Below, piece after piece: positions 1 through 11,800 of a stretch of 64,000 bases of DNA (positions are counted from its first letter, which is position 1; each line of letters starts with the position of its first letter). The notes beneath the pieces were generated by a model. The model saw only the letters and a list, made by a program, of their open reading frames with translations, searched no databases and had not been told where the DNA came from. The stretch covers positions 64,001 through 128,000 of IMG/VR virus record IMGVR_UViG_3300001357_000001; one strand, written 5' to 3'. The translations under genes were made by a program, and so were the position numbers. The DNA comes from a virus (taxonomy: Duplodnaviria > Heunggongvirae > Uroviricota > Caudoviricetes).

Positions 1-30
1 TATTTCTTCTTTTGCTTCTACCATTAGTAA

Positions 31-201
31 TTATTTAGTTAGTATTTCTTCTGGCAATGCTGCTATTGCTAAATTACCATCCTTTGTAAACCAATAACAG
101 TTAAACGTATCTATTGATGGTTTACGACCTACATTAATTTTAATCTTTTTTTCTTCGTCTGATTTGAGATATACAACATCCCCTACATTAATTTCTTCCA
201 T
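31..201 (-). CDS. Small DUF2158/YodC-like protein (56 aa, not in ORF track)
   Basis: Hand translation MEEINVGDVVYLKSDEEKKIKINVGRKPSIDTFNCYWFTKDGNLAIAALPEEILTK; GDVVYLKS...CYWF pattern; paralog at 3114-3284. Confidence 0.55.
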   Translation of the reverse strand: MEEINVGDVVYLKSDEEKKIKINVGRKPSIDTFNCYWFTKDGNLAIAALPEEILTK

Positions 202-251
202 AATATTTTTGTTTAAGTAAATATATTAAATATGATAATAATTTGCAAGAA

Positions 252-887
252 TTAATCAATAATCTTATTTATACGGTCTCTGGAAATAATTAAACCAATT
301 GACTTTCCCCTAGCAAATGATTTTAATTGCATTGGGTCAGTATGAACATCTAATTTACCAACATCATCTTTTAAAGTAGTGCTATTGATTTTAATTATTT
401 CATTATTTAGTGAATCTCTGAGTTCTTTTAAATAAGGTTTCTCATAGGTTTTAAATAAATCCAATACAGTATCTAATTTTTCATAACCAAGTTTACTGAT
501 GATATCATTGGTTAGTAAATCGATTTCAGTAAGGTCTTTGCCTTTTTTAAATTCTTCGATATTCACGGGATAAAATCCTTCATCATCACAATCGTTTTCA
601 TCGAGATAACCACCGAAAACATCTAATAACGTCTTCATGATTTCAACCGACTTACCACTGCATCCAAGCATTAAAAGTACACCATCGATATTGTGGTCGA
701 TTTCTGCTGTATCATCAATAAAAATACTAAGCATTCTGTTTATATAACCATCATAAAAAACTAATCTGAAATAATTAGAACTATATGATGATACTACTCG
801 AACTTCACCATACTTGGCTTCCAGAACTTCTTTAATTTCCTTAAGACTAGTTCCTTTTCTAATTATTGCTTTTGTATCTACTCCCAT
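252..887 (-). CDS. Hypothetical protein (211 aa)
   Basis: Long ATG ORF directly downstream of promoter motif at 914-943. Confidence 0.7.
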   Translation of the reverse strand: MGVDTKAIIRKGTSLKEIKEVLEAKYGEVRVVSSYSSNYFRLVFYDGYINRMLSIFIDDTAEIDHNIDGVLLMLGCSGKSVEIMKTLLDVFGGYLDENDCDDEGFYPVNIEEFKKGKDLTEIDLLTNDIISKLGYEKLDTVLDLFKTYEKPYLKELRDSLNNEIIKINSTTLKDDVGKLDVHTDPMQLKSFARGKSIGLIISRDRINKIID

Positions 888-944
888 GATAATCTCGTGT
901 TTTAATTATAATTATTATACGATTATTAAGTCAAGATGTTACAA

Positions 945-2942
945 CTATTCACCAATAATTTCATTACAGTACTTATCACATAATATCTCACCTTCATCAC
1001 TAATAAATGCAAACCTTTTAAATGTACTGATGACATCGACATCGGTTATGTAGGTTTTGGATATAAACTTTCTTCGCATAAACCTACGCCAATTAATACT
1101 CTCTCTGTAATCAAAATGCCATATGAGCAAACACGTATTAACAATAGTATAGACTATTAGTAGAAATAATGTTATTAATCCCGCAACAACATACCATAAA
1201 TATATACAAATGTATTTCATTGTTTTTAATTAAAACTTATGTAAATTATCTCTTAATTTGTTAATTGTAAAAAAATATTTTTTTAAATCCTCTACAGTAA
1301 AATCACATATTGGTGATATGTTTTCTTCATCATTATATTTTCTTAGTAGTACTAAAAACCTATCAAATAAATTATATTTAGTAATGTGTTTTAAAGGAAA
1401 TTCTCTGTCAAATCCACCAGTACTACCACAATCCTCTACTTCTAAAAACTCAACAAGTGACAGGGCTTTATAATGATATTTACAATAATTATTTGGATGA
1501 TTTACCCATTGAGTCATTTGATGAAAATTATCAAATATTTCCTGAAGTACTACTATTCTTTTCATAGTTTTTAATTAAAAAAATATGATATTATATATGT
1601 TATTAATATCCCGATTATAACTCCTATAATGAAATTATATAATTTAAACCATTTCTTATTATTATCAATCGCACGTCTGTAACCAAACTCAACTGCCATA
1701 CGAATAAACTCCCTCATACCACCTTTAGGATTTATTTCCTTAAAATGATTGAAACATTCGTTCCCAAGTTTATTGTAAAAATTTTTCATCGTTGTTTTAT
1801 ATTTAATTCAGTACTTCTTTATCGATTTTAATCATGAATTTAAAACTAGATTTCCTTACAGCTTCTGTACTCATTGATTCAATTCTCTCAATAATTTTTT
1901 CGTAAAACCTAATAACTCGTTTTAATTCAATATCTTTATTTTTTTCAACACCATATTGACAATCAACAGGAGCACATTTTCTACTAAGACAAGGATAATC
2001 AGTTTGAGCAGGATTAAAAACTACCATAGGACAACCATAGCAATTATCCCAATAAGTATTTATAACCACCATATATTCAGTACATAATGCACAATCAGTT
2101 ATTCTAGCTTTATGATTGTTTTCTCTGTACTCATTGAGTATTTGTCTTAATATTTTGAGTAATATACTCTTTTTGCTTTTTCTCGGCATGATTTTATTTT
2201 ATTATACGAATACTAATTAAAAAGGTTACAGAATAAGCCTTAGTTTAATAATTTATAATCTTCATACCTACCATTACCCCTAAAGATACGATTTAAAACC
2301 CTCTTTTTGGGTTTAGGTAGTCTGATTTTCCATTTCCATGTCTCACCCACTTGTTCCCTCATACTTAATTGAGTTAGTTCAGAACAATATAAACTTATGA
2401 GAATTTCTAATGGAGTGTAATCAGGATATCTAAAAGTATTGCATATTTCTTCATGTATGATTTCCTGAAAATAAGTTAGCTTATCTGGAAGAACTTCTTG
2501 AATAATTGTATATAACTTATTGGCAATATATCTGTCAGCCGACTTATCGTCTTCCTTATATTCATAACCACATCTAATCGCCCATAATTGCCTTAAGGCA
2601 ATAAGTAAGTTGTCAAAGACATAATGATGCTTATACATTAAAACTACATGTCCTTCAAATCCCTTAATTTCTTTCATAATAAAATATTGTTGGTTATAAG
2701 TATTATACGAATAAAAACTGTAGATGTTACAATATTAATAAATTATCACCAACATAACTTACAATAAAATAATCAAGTTCATCACAACAAACAGTACTGC
2801 CATTATACCAGAAAAACAATACCTTAAATCCTTCAACACATAAATAACCATATATTCCATCAAGTTTGGTATATACAGCACCATTATAAACTTCTGTTGT
2901 TCCATTTTTCTTATTAAATAAATGACATTCGATTTTATTCAT
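945..2942 (-). CDS. Run of six small hypothetical genes (945-1220, 1230-1565, 1571-1789, 1803-2189, 2240-2677, 2727-2942)
   Basis: Tightly packed co-oriented ATG ORFs; three start just below TGTAAC-N16-CGTA motifs. Confidence 0.65.
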
Positions 2943-3113
2943 AATAATATGGTATGTGATAATATTAACTATCGTTATAATACTTATACGAATAAAATGT
3001 AAAAATGTTACAAAAAAAAGGGTAGAGGAAATTTTCCATCATACCCTTTTCTTAGTTATTAACCCTGATTTAAACGAATAACTTTTATACGAATAAAAAG
3101 TAAATATGTTACA

Positions 3114-3284
3114 TTATTTAGTCAGTATTTCTTCTGGCAATTCAGATATGGCTAAATGACCTTCTTTTGTATACCAATAACAATTAAACATACGTATTGA
3201 TGTCTCATGCCCTACATTTATTCTGGTCTTCTTTTTCTTGTCTGATTTTAGATAGACAATATCTCCTGCTTTAATTTTTTCCAT
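3114..3284 (-). CDS. DUF2158/YodC-like protein, paralog of 31-201
   Basis: MEKIKAGDIVYLKSD...CYWYTKEG..LPEEILTK aligns by eye with 31-201; probable start is the internal ATG at 3284. Confidence 0.6.
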   Translation of the reverse strand: MEKIKAGDIVYLKSDKKKKTRINVGHETSIRMFNCYWYTKEGHLAISELPEEILTK

Positions 3285-3327
3285 AATAAAATTTAATTTA
3301 ATATTATTATATTTTTTCACTTTCTAT

Positions 3328-3732
3328 TTATACTATTTCTTCTAAATGATTTAAACTATCCTGCATGTTGTAAACAACTTCATTTAATCTGTCATTTACT
3401 TTATTTAATTCCTGCATAATACTTGGCTTTGCAATTGCTTCGTTATCTTCTAGTTTTTCACCTTTATTCATCCCTACTGTTGTTCCAGTTAAAGACAGTT
3501 CCATACTTTCTAATCGTTGTTGTACCGAACGTAAATTGTCTAGGGTTTCTCTAAATCCATTTAAACGTATTTCGAAGTACTTTTCTTTTTTTACTTGGTC
3601 ACTACCATTGTCTTTCATATAACTATTTTCCATAATATTTTTGTTTAGTTTATTTATTTTATAATTTAATTCCTTTAAGCCGTTCTCAATATTGTCTTGA
3701 TTATGTATTTTAAACCCATTCATAGATAGCAA
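3328..3732 (-). CDS. Hypothetical coiled-coil protein
   Basis: Heptad-rich ORF; TATCTTTG element at 3730-3737; true start probably downstream of 3732. Confidence 0.55.
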   Translation of the reverse strand: MLSMNGFKIHNQDNIENGLKELNYKINKLNKNIMENSYMKDNGSDQVKKEKYFEIRLNGFRETLDNLRSVQQRLESMELSLTGTTVGMNKGEKLEDNEAIAKPSIMQELNKVNDRLNEVVYNMQDSLNHLEEIV

Positions 3733-4127
3733 AGATAAATATAATATCTCATATATAAAATAGTTGTGTTGAAAAAAATAAATGTTTTTTATAAGTACTT
3801 ATTAATTAGTCGTTTGTAATCTCAAAAACCAAGGAATTGGATAAATATAGATAGTATTTGGATATGTAATTAATTAATTTTGTTTTTGATTAAAGAACTT
3901 TATTAATCTTATTAATCCTTTAAGAGTTTCTGTGTCAATTAAATTATATTTAATTATTTTTTCCTTTGGTCTGTTATTTATCCATCCAGAAGTTAATTTA
4001 TTGTTTATTTTTCCTTCATACATTTAAATATGAGTTTTTTACAAAAATATTACAAAAAAATCGTAATAATTTTTAAAAAAACTTACAATAGTTATACTAA
4101 TGAAATAAAAATAATTATATTTGTACT

Positions 4128-5141
4128 ATGCCGAAAAGACCAATGACAAATCAAGAAGCAAGAAATAAGCTAAATCAATTGGGTCTTATTTATGATTTTA
4201 GCTTATTTGAATATAATGGTAATAGAGATAATAAATCAATAATTATTTGTCCTGAACACGGAGAATTTAAAAATAATTATCATTATGTCATAAAATCATA
4301 TAATGGTTTAGTTTGTAAGGAATGTAGAAATGAGTATCAGCAATTAAAAATATTTCAAAATATTTATGGTAATGATTTTGATTTTAAACTACATCTAATT
4401 AGTTTAATTAAAAATTTAAAACATAATCATATCGATATAAATAAAATTGTTAATGATATTCAATATAATAGTACAAAATCAATTATTAAATTATGTTGCA
4501 AAAAACATGGTGAGTTCAATACTACTTATCCTACATTAAAATTAAAAACTGGTTGTCCTGATTGTAAAAAAGAAAATGGTCGTGGTAGAAGAATTTATGA
4601 TTTGAAATATATACAAGATATTGCAAAATATAATAACTGTAAATGTATTAGTACTAAATATAAAGGTTTAGATAACCGATATGATTTTATTTGTGAGAAT
4701 AATAATCATTTTACCACTACCCTTAGAATGCTTGTTAATGACAATAAAAAGGTCTGGTGTAATTGTAAACTATGTAATCCTAAAAGAATTTCTAAAGCAG
4801 AAGATATAATTGCAGACTATCTTAATGAAAATAATATCTTCTATATTACTGAAAAAAGATTTGATGATTGTAAAAGTGATAAGAATAGACCATTACGTTT
4901 TGATTTTTATTTACCTGATTATAATATTTGTATTGAATATGATGGTAAACATCATTATGAACCTATTAAATATTTTGGTGGTGAAATAGTATATGAAAGA
5001 ACAATTGTTAATGATGTGTTGAAAAATAAATATTGTGAGGATAACAACATTAAACTTATTAGAATACCATATACAGAAAAAAATAATATATGTACAATAC
5101 TAAATAGTTATTTCGCTGATAATCAGTACATTATAAAATAA
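4128..5141 (+). CDS. Free-standing putative homing endonuclease: CxxHG zinc-ribbon repeats plus C-terminal PD-(D/E)xK/Vsr-like domain
   Basis: Repeated CPEHG/CKKHG...CxxC motifs; LRFDFYLPDYNICIEYDGKHHY; inverted relative to neighbours. Confidence 0.8.
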   Translation: MPKRPMTNQEARNKLNQLGLIYDFSLFEYNGNRDNKSIIICPEHGEFKNNYHYVIKSYNGLVCKECRNEYQQLKIFQNIYGNDFDFKLHLISLIKNLKHNHIDINKIVNDIQYNSTKSIIKLCCKKHGEFNTTYPTLKLKTGCPDCKKENGRGRRIYDLKYIQDIAKYNNCKCISTKYKGLDNRYDFICENNNHFTTTLRMLVNDNKKVWCNCKLCNPKRISKAEDIIADYLNENNIFYITEKRFDDCKSDKNRPLRFDFYLPDYNICIEYDGKHHYEPIKYFGGEIVYERTIVNDVLKNKYCEDNNIKLIRIPYTEKNNICTILNSYFADNQYIIK

Positions 5142-5286
5142 AAATACAAAAATGGGGTAATAACTATGATTTAAACGTACTTTAATTCAGGAATAATATA
5201 ATTTACTGTACTTTTTTATAATATATAATGGGTATTGATAATCAGGATGTTATACGGTGTACATTGGTAATTAATAATATAGTGGT

Positions 5287-5319
5287 GGGTCAGAATGGGT
5301 TTTTGTGGGTGAAAATGGG
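5287..5319 (+). repeat. Four GGG tracts with exact 10-bp period (G-quadruplex-type motif)
   Basis: GGG-TCAGAAT-GGG-TTTTTGT-GGG-TGAAAAT-GGG. Confidence 0.6.
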
Positions 5320-5398
5320 AGAAACGTATGCCCTACACACGCAATTTCGTCAAGAAATATTTTTCTGAGAATCTGATATTATAATTTTTTATAATAAT

Positions 5399-5532
5399 GG
5401 ACAATAGATTACAATTTGTTACTCAAATCACACATTAGACTTTCATTCTGTTACTCAATTCATAGTTTATACTTTCACATTATAACTTTTAACGGACAAT
5501 AGATTACGATATATAACTTGGACATTGAGTAA
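5399..5532. repeat. Cluster of short direct/inverted repeats
   Basis: GGACAATAGATTAC at 5399 and 5494; TGTTACTCAA at 5417 and 5449, with inverted TTGAGTAA near 5525. Confidence 0.55.
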
Positions 5533-5542
5533 AATGATAAAT

Positions 5543-5572
5543 AAAAAAGGTCAGGGTAACCACTCCCTGACC
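5543..5572 (-). terminator. Intrinsic terminator
   Basis: GGTCAGGG-loop-CCCTGACC followed by T6 on minus strand. Confidence 0.8.
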
Positions 5573-5695
5573 ATATAACCAAAACACACAATAGAAGAAT
5601 ACTAATCAAAAATTAAAAAATATGATGCCTTTCTTTGGTGAAAGGACTTTAGAAGTAAACTCTATTACCTTTTATACGATAGTTATTTAAATATG

Positions 5696-6193
5696 TTACA
5701 AAATACCCAATCTTTTTTTGATTGAGGTAAATACGACCTGACCTACTTCGTTTAGACTAGATGATATTTTTTCATCATTATCTTTAATGATATTCTTTAC
5801 GTAATCTATTTGAAAGTAGTTAAAGGTTTGTTCGTCACAATTTGGATGTTGACCATCACCAAAATTATTAATTATTGAAATCAATAAATTTTTACTTTCA
5901 GGGCTAAACTCAACTTCTTTTAGGTTTACGATAGGAATAAGAGTTTCACCATCTTTAGGGTCTTCGTCATCGAAATCGAATACGTGAATACTATCAATAC
6001 CTAATTGGTCTACAGCATAATCTTGTAGGCTATCTATAAGATTAACCAGACCTTCTAAATCGTCTTTGGCACTATCATTAAGACTTTCACTGGCTATATT
6101 ATTATAGTGTTTATCTATAACGCCAAGTAAAGTTCTTTTCTGGTTACGTAATTCTGACCAGTCTATATTTTTTATTAATTCTTCTGCATTCAT
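5696..6193 (-). CDS. Hypothetical acidic protein
   Basis: 165-aa ATG ORF below promoter 6218-6246. Confidence 0.7.
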   Translation of the reverse strand: MNAEELIKNIDWSELRNQKRTLLGVIDKHYNNIASESLNDSAKDDLEGLVNLIDSLQDYAVDQLGIDSIHVFDFDDEDPKDGETLIPIVNLKEVEFSPESKNLLISIINNFGDGQHPNCDEQTFNYFQIDYVKNIIKDNDEKISSSLNEVGQVVFTSIKKRLGIL

Positions 6194-6249
6194 AATTTTT
6201 TGTGTTGGTTATAAACTTAATACGATAATTAATTTGTTTTGTTACAATA

Positions 6250-6460
6250 AAAGAAAGCAACCTACCTTGCCAAGGAGCTTCTTAGGGACTGGCTCTACAG
6301 TACGCCTCCACTAATCCATCTGAACTATCACTGGCTAGGTGATGGCAGTCTGGTTTAAAATTTCCATTACTTCTGTTATCAGAAGCATCCTGTTCAGCTT
6401 CATCAGATTGCTTTCGATTCCAATTTCACAAATCTGAACTGTTACCAGTTCGTTGAGTTT
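6250..6460 (-). ncRNA. Candidate structured ncRNA (~210 nt)
   Basis: Own promoter 6461-6490; no ORF; GC-richer; GAACTG-GTAA-CAGTTC hairpin; GAAAGCAA (6408-6415) pairs with TTGCTTTC (6253-6260). Confidence 0.55.
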
Positions 6461-6806
6461 ATTATACGAATTACTGTACAATATGTTACATTATATATCG
6501 TACATTGCTTATTTATAATAGTTCTAAATAGTCGTACAATGGTGTTGCGTGGAGTCCACTTGGTCTCTGGTTTGTGTTCCAGTTACAACTACTGATAATA
6601 TGTTAGTTAGACAATCATACTTATTATACGATGGACAATAGGAAAGGTTACATCTGGACAATACTTTATTGCGTACAATGGTGATGGACATTTTAATTAA
6701 AAAACCACCCAGAATAACTAGGTGGTAATTTTATATAAAACTAATATTTGAAAACTAAATGTTTTCAAAGTGCGAATACAAATATACTAAACATTTTTAA
6801 GTTTTC

Positions 6807-7232
6807 CTAATTATAATTAATAAAATTCATAAGGTCTTCTAACTCAGCACTTATGTTAATATATTTTATTAATACGTCATCGAGATATGATTTGATTTTG
6901 AGTTTATGTAGCATAGCGAAGCCCGATGAATCGATAAAGACTACATTAGATAGGTCGAGTATGATATTATTTTTTGCTACGTTCATCAGACCTATTAGCA
7001 TGGTTTCGATTTCTTTAATCATTTGTTTTTCACTTACAGGTTTCCAATTAAGAATTTGACTTGTTTTAGCATCAATTTCGATGTCAATATAATCACCATC
7101 GTCATCTGGTCCACCAATGTTTATGTTTTCTGGCACATAACCATCGCTTTCAATTAATTTTTCACTTTTGTCATTATAATATTGACAAACACATAAGTCT
7201 GAACATTTTGCTGTTACTTTTAAAATTCCCAT
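6807..7232 (-). CDS. Phage protein with C-terminal STAS (anti-sigma-factor antagonist) domain
   Basis: IILDLSNVVFIDSSGFAML matches the STAS D-x-S-x-V-x-F-x-DSSG motif. Confidence 0.7.
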   Translation of the reverse strand: MGILKVTAKCSDLCVCQYYNDKSEKLIESDGYVPENINIGGPDDDGDYIDIEIDAKTSQILNWKPVSEKQMIKEIETMLIGLMNVAKNNIILDLSNVVFIDSSGFAMLHKLKIKSYLDDVLIKYINISAELEDLMNFINYN

Positions 7233-7304
7233 GATATTTGTGTTTTAGTTATAATTATTATACGAAAAAACTCTGCAAAGGTTACAGAGTTTTTAATTAA
7301 AAAG

Positions 7305-7748
7305 TTATTCGAGTTCAAGCAATTTCTTTTGTGTCTTCGGACAATACCCACTACGTTCTACAAAAGTTGAATACGAACCACTAACACTTTTAATTTGGTC
7401 GATATTATTAAGAATGTATCTAGCGATATTATGCATTGCACGTTGACTAGTTCTACCGAAATAACAATCAAATTTTAAAGTGCCGAATTTAGGAACGAAA
7501 ACTTCTCCGAGTGCATTTGTTGACCAGTATTTTTTAAAATCCTTATATGAGTTTATTTTGTCTCTTGGAAATTTATATTCAGGAAAATTGCCATCATTCT
7601 TTTTAAAGTATTCATATTCTTCTTTTACATTGTCTTCTGAATAGAAACGATACCAATTTCGAACATTATACTTTTCTAATTCCTTGTTTTGTTCTCTTAT
7701 GTTCTTAAGTGAACAATCTTTCAATCTTATTTTTGTTAAACCTCCCAT
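7305..7748 (-). CDS. Hypothetical protein
   Basis: 147-aa ATG ORF with own promoter 7774-7803. Confidence 0.7.
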   Translation of the reverse strand: MGGLTKIRLKDCSLKNIREQNKELEKYNVRNWYRFYSEDNVKEEYEYFKKNDGNFPEYKFPRDKINSYKDFKKYWSTNALGEVFVPKFGTLKFDCYFGRTSQRAMHNIARYILNNIDQIKSVSGSYSTFVERSGYCPKTQKKLLELE

Positions 7749-7854
7749 AGTGTTTTGTGTTTTGGTTATAACTATTATACGTTTTTAATTAAAAAAGGTT
7801 ACAAAAAACGGCAACAAATATAGTTTGCTGCCGTTATATAGTTGTACATTGATA

Positions 7855-8736
7855 CTATTGATATTCTAACATGTATTCAAGTACTTTGCTGTCGGTTTCT
7901 CTGCGTTTTTCAGGTGCAGCAATGTTTCTGCTATCATCGTGAATATAACGATTAATAGCATTGTAAATCAACCAGTTATTTACCTTACCATTATAACCCA
8001 GACCAACATTATTGGCTTCAGAAGTAATGGTATTCATAATATCATTCATAGTGTTGAACTTAGAGTTTTCAATCATAGAAATCTTACAAGCCTTAAGAAC
8101 TTCTTCAATACGGGCTTCAGGGTTAGTTCTCCATTGTTTTCCAAGTTCTTCATATTTACCTACGATTGAAGTCTTAACGTCATCAATGTTTTCTAATACC
8201 TTTACTAAGATATTGCTAAACTCTTCAAGTGAATGAAGGATTGAACTAGTATGTTTACCTTGAACAACAAGGTTATACTCTTCCATTTCTTCAATAGGAA
8301 CAACAAGTCCGTTAGAACATACTAAACGATAAAACCCTGCAATACCTTTGTATTTAGTTAAACCGTTATAACTGTGTTGAAAGTTCCATATGAACTTAAT
8401 AACGTCATTAGTACCTGCCATTTTATATGAAAATCTAGGGTCTTCAATGGTATAACTACCATAAAAACGTGCGTTATTAGTGTGACTGTAAACAACACTA
8501 AAAGCAATATTATGGTCGTTTAGAATTTCTTCTACCTTTGGAAATATCATTTCGTTAGGAACAAGTTCGTAACGTGGTGAACAGTAGTTTAAATCCATTT
8601 CTTCACCATCTACAATACCTCTAACTATCTTAGAGTATTCTTGATTGGTTTTGTTTGGATTGTCAATTAACTCAACTGGAAAACATAGCTCATCTAATGT
8701 GCAAAATGTAGTTCCTTTTTTTTCTGTAGTTGTCAT
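7855..8736 (-). CDS. DUF932-family protein
   Basis: GFYRLVCSNGLVV signature. Confidence 0.75.
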   Translation of the reverse strand: MTTTEKKGTTFCTLDELCFPVELIDNPNKTNQEYSKIVRGIVDGEEMDLNYCSPRYELVPNEMIFPKVEEILNDHNIAFSVVYSHTNNARFYGSYTIEDPRFSYKMAGTNDVIKFIWNFQHSYNGLTKYKGIAGFYRLVCSNGLVVPIEEMEEYNLVVQGKHTSSILHSLEEFSNILVKVLENIDDVKTSIVGKYEELGKQWRTNPEARIEEVLKACKISMIENSKFNTMNDIMNTITSEANNVGLGYNGKVNNWLIYNAINRYIHDDSRNIAAPEKRRETDSKVLEYMLEYQ

Positions 8737-8873
8737 AATTTTTATTGTTTTGGTTTATATACTGATTATACGATTTTTAATTAAAAAGGTTACAAAAAGA
8801 AATCCCTGCGAACCACCACAGGGATTGAATTGAAGTAATAAACCAAAACATATACAAACAAGCAACAATTATA

Positions 8874-11800
8874 TTATTTATATTTTTCGTCCACGGCTGA
8901 CTTAAATGCTTCATCACTACCGTACATTAATAATTTCTTATGATATACTTGAACAAAGCCAGTTCCTGCTCTTGTGTAATAATTACCTCTGTCATCTACA
9001 AGTATATCGGTTTTATTTTTCTTCATGAACTTAATAATTTCTTTATCAACTTTCTCAGGAACAGGCATACTGGTGTCATGTTCAATTCCTAATTCATCAA
9101 AAGGAATTATATCGGGCTTGTCTCCTTGTCTTGTTCTGAACTTTATGGTGAAGTGACCATAAGGTCTGAGTTTGTGATAGTGTTCTGTCTTTGTTAAGTC
9201 AAATGTTAAGCTGTTCATTTTGTTTGTGTTTTGGTTTAGTTATTATACGAACATTCTTATCTCGATGTTACAGTTATTAACTGAAATAAACCATTAATTC
9301 TGTTTCAGGATTTAAGTCAATAACCATCTTCATCTTATCAATAAGTAGTTCACGGTTACCATTAGAAGTCGCATAATTTAGGTTAATTCTAATGTCTTCG
9401 ATTGTAGTGGCAAGTGTGTCATCACTACCGAATTTAAACCATAATCCAAGTTCGTCATCTGTACATTCAATTTCTTTTCTATGAATGTTTTCAATACGTT
9501 TCAATCTCTCGATAAGGTTCTGTACATTCCCGTTCTTCAGGAATTCGAACATTGCTTCTTCACAACTGTATCTGTATTGGATTAAATTTTTCATTGGTTT
9601 GTGTTTTGGTTTAGTTATTATACGAACATTCTTATCTCGATGTTACAAAATTATTTAGTTTTCCAAAATAAATCTTCCATTGCATCTAAATAAGAATTAA
9701 TCTTATTCCATTCCTTAACTGTTACTCTCTCACAATTAGTTAAACCATATCTATCTAAAAGTTCATAAGTATTAAATTTTCTATCTAAATGGATTTCATT
9801 AGGTTTAGTAACATGACGTGTATCATCAGTATTATTGCAAAACAATACAACACTTTCAACATCCATACGGACTTCACCATCTTTATTAATTGTTAGGTTA
9901 GATACTTTATAATAATAGTGTTGGTCTAATCCGAATTTACCACGATAATAACCACCATTCTCATTAAGGTCTTTAATGAATGCTAGTTTCTTTTTATTAT
10001 GTTCTTCGAATTCTTTTTGGTCTTCAAGTTTTTCTTGTTCTTGAATTTCAAGTAATTCTTTACCTGTTTTATCAGGATGTAATTGAATTAAATATTCTAA
10101 TGATTTCATTGGTTTGTGTTTTGGTTTAGTTATTATACGTACATTCTTATCTCGATGTTACAAATTAAAGTAATTAATTAACCTCTCAATTTCATGGCTT
10201 TTTAAAACATATGCTTTATAGTTCCATCTAAAATGCCCATATCCCAATGATTTGTCAGGTTGTTTTAATTTCTTTGTACCATTAAAACATATTCTTCTTA
10301 ACATAGGTTCAACATTAATCGCATCACCTTTATATATCATATGTACAATTTTATCTGCTAATGCTATAAGGGCATGAGATTGATTATTTATTAATCCAGT
10401 AATATCCCAATTGATTAAATCTTTATAAGATATAATAGCAAATTTTTTTGATTTCTTTTCAATTTTTAATATACTTTCATCAAGTACAGGGAGTTCATTT
10501 TCAATCTGCTTAGTTATTGATTTTAAATGATTCCAGTATGAAGATAAAAACTGAATATTATTTCCTATGAAATTCATATCTTAATAGATTAGGATTAAAA
10601 ATAATTTGATGTTCGTTATTTAAAACAAATTTCGGAAAACAATTTGGATAGTCTCTAACCCATTTATCCAAATATCTAATATCAATAAATCTTAAATCAT
10701 CAAAGGGTTTAAGAGTATTAGATATTTTATTTAATATTGTAGTCCAGAGTATCATAATAACGAACAATATTTTTCGGTTAGAATAGTCTTAATTTTATTA
10801 TATTTTTTTCTTGTATCTTTACCTTTAGGGCAAGAGGTAGATATTTCAGATATTTTCTCACCTGTTGTTGTGCATAATAAACCAATTGAGTTTGGTGTTG
10901 ATGCTAATCCCGTATAAAATATTATATAATTCATAATTGTTTTGGTTTGTGTACATTATATTATACGAAGAAACCCTGTAAAGGTTACAGGGTTTTTAAT
11001 TAAAATGGTTACAAAAAAACCCCGAACATTTAGTACAGGGGTGAAAAACTTTGATGTTTTTACTTCCGGTTCTTCTTAACAGTATGTTGCTTCCCTAACA
11101 AGTTGTTTAATACGATTTTTTTCTTTTGTTTTTGAACAGGAAAAACGATTCTTTTTATCTGCAAGTTGTTTTTCAGTTGGTTTAAATCTGTTTGTACGTG
11201 CCATAATAAATTGGTTTTGATTTACAATTATTTATTTTTGTATTGGTATTATATGTTTTTCACAATCAATACACCAAAAATCCTCTTCATCACTCATATT
11301 AAAAAATTCAATATCGGGTTTTTTACCATTTAAGTCCACCCATGCTTTGCCCTGTACATTAGTACTCTTACATATTGGACATTGATAAATTATTTCTTCC
11401 ATGATTTATTGTGTTTTGATTTAATTATTATACGTAAATTAAACTGTAATTGTTACAATTCATTATACCATTTAATAAATTTAACTACTCTGTTATAGAT
11501 ACCTTCAATATCATTGTTTAATATTTCTGATAACATATAATCAGGATGAAATATTTCAGTTTCCCAATGGATATATAATTCGTCATCATACTGAAAATCA
11601 TTTGTCTTATCAGTACATTCTTTGACAACAGGCATTAACCAATCCCAAGATAAATGAAATTTTAGTGATGCAATACAAGTTTCCATTGGTATTGAACCAC
11701 TTTTTAACTTAACTTTATAACCATCAGATTTATCTTTAATTGGATATTTTTCAAATCCCATAAACTCTGCTATGAGTTTATTATTCTCGTTTATATTTTT

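Noticed and set aside
6395-6420. Hammerhead ribozyme from CTGATGA and GAAA
   Set aside because: Stems I-III cannot be formed in the required order around the core.
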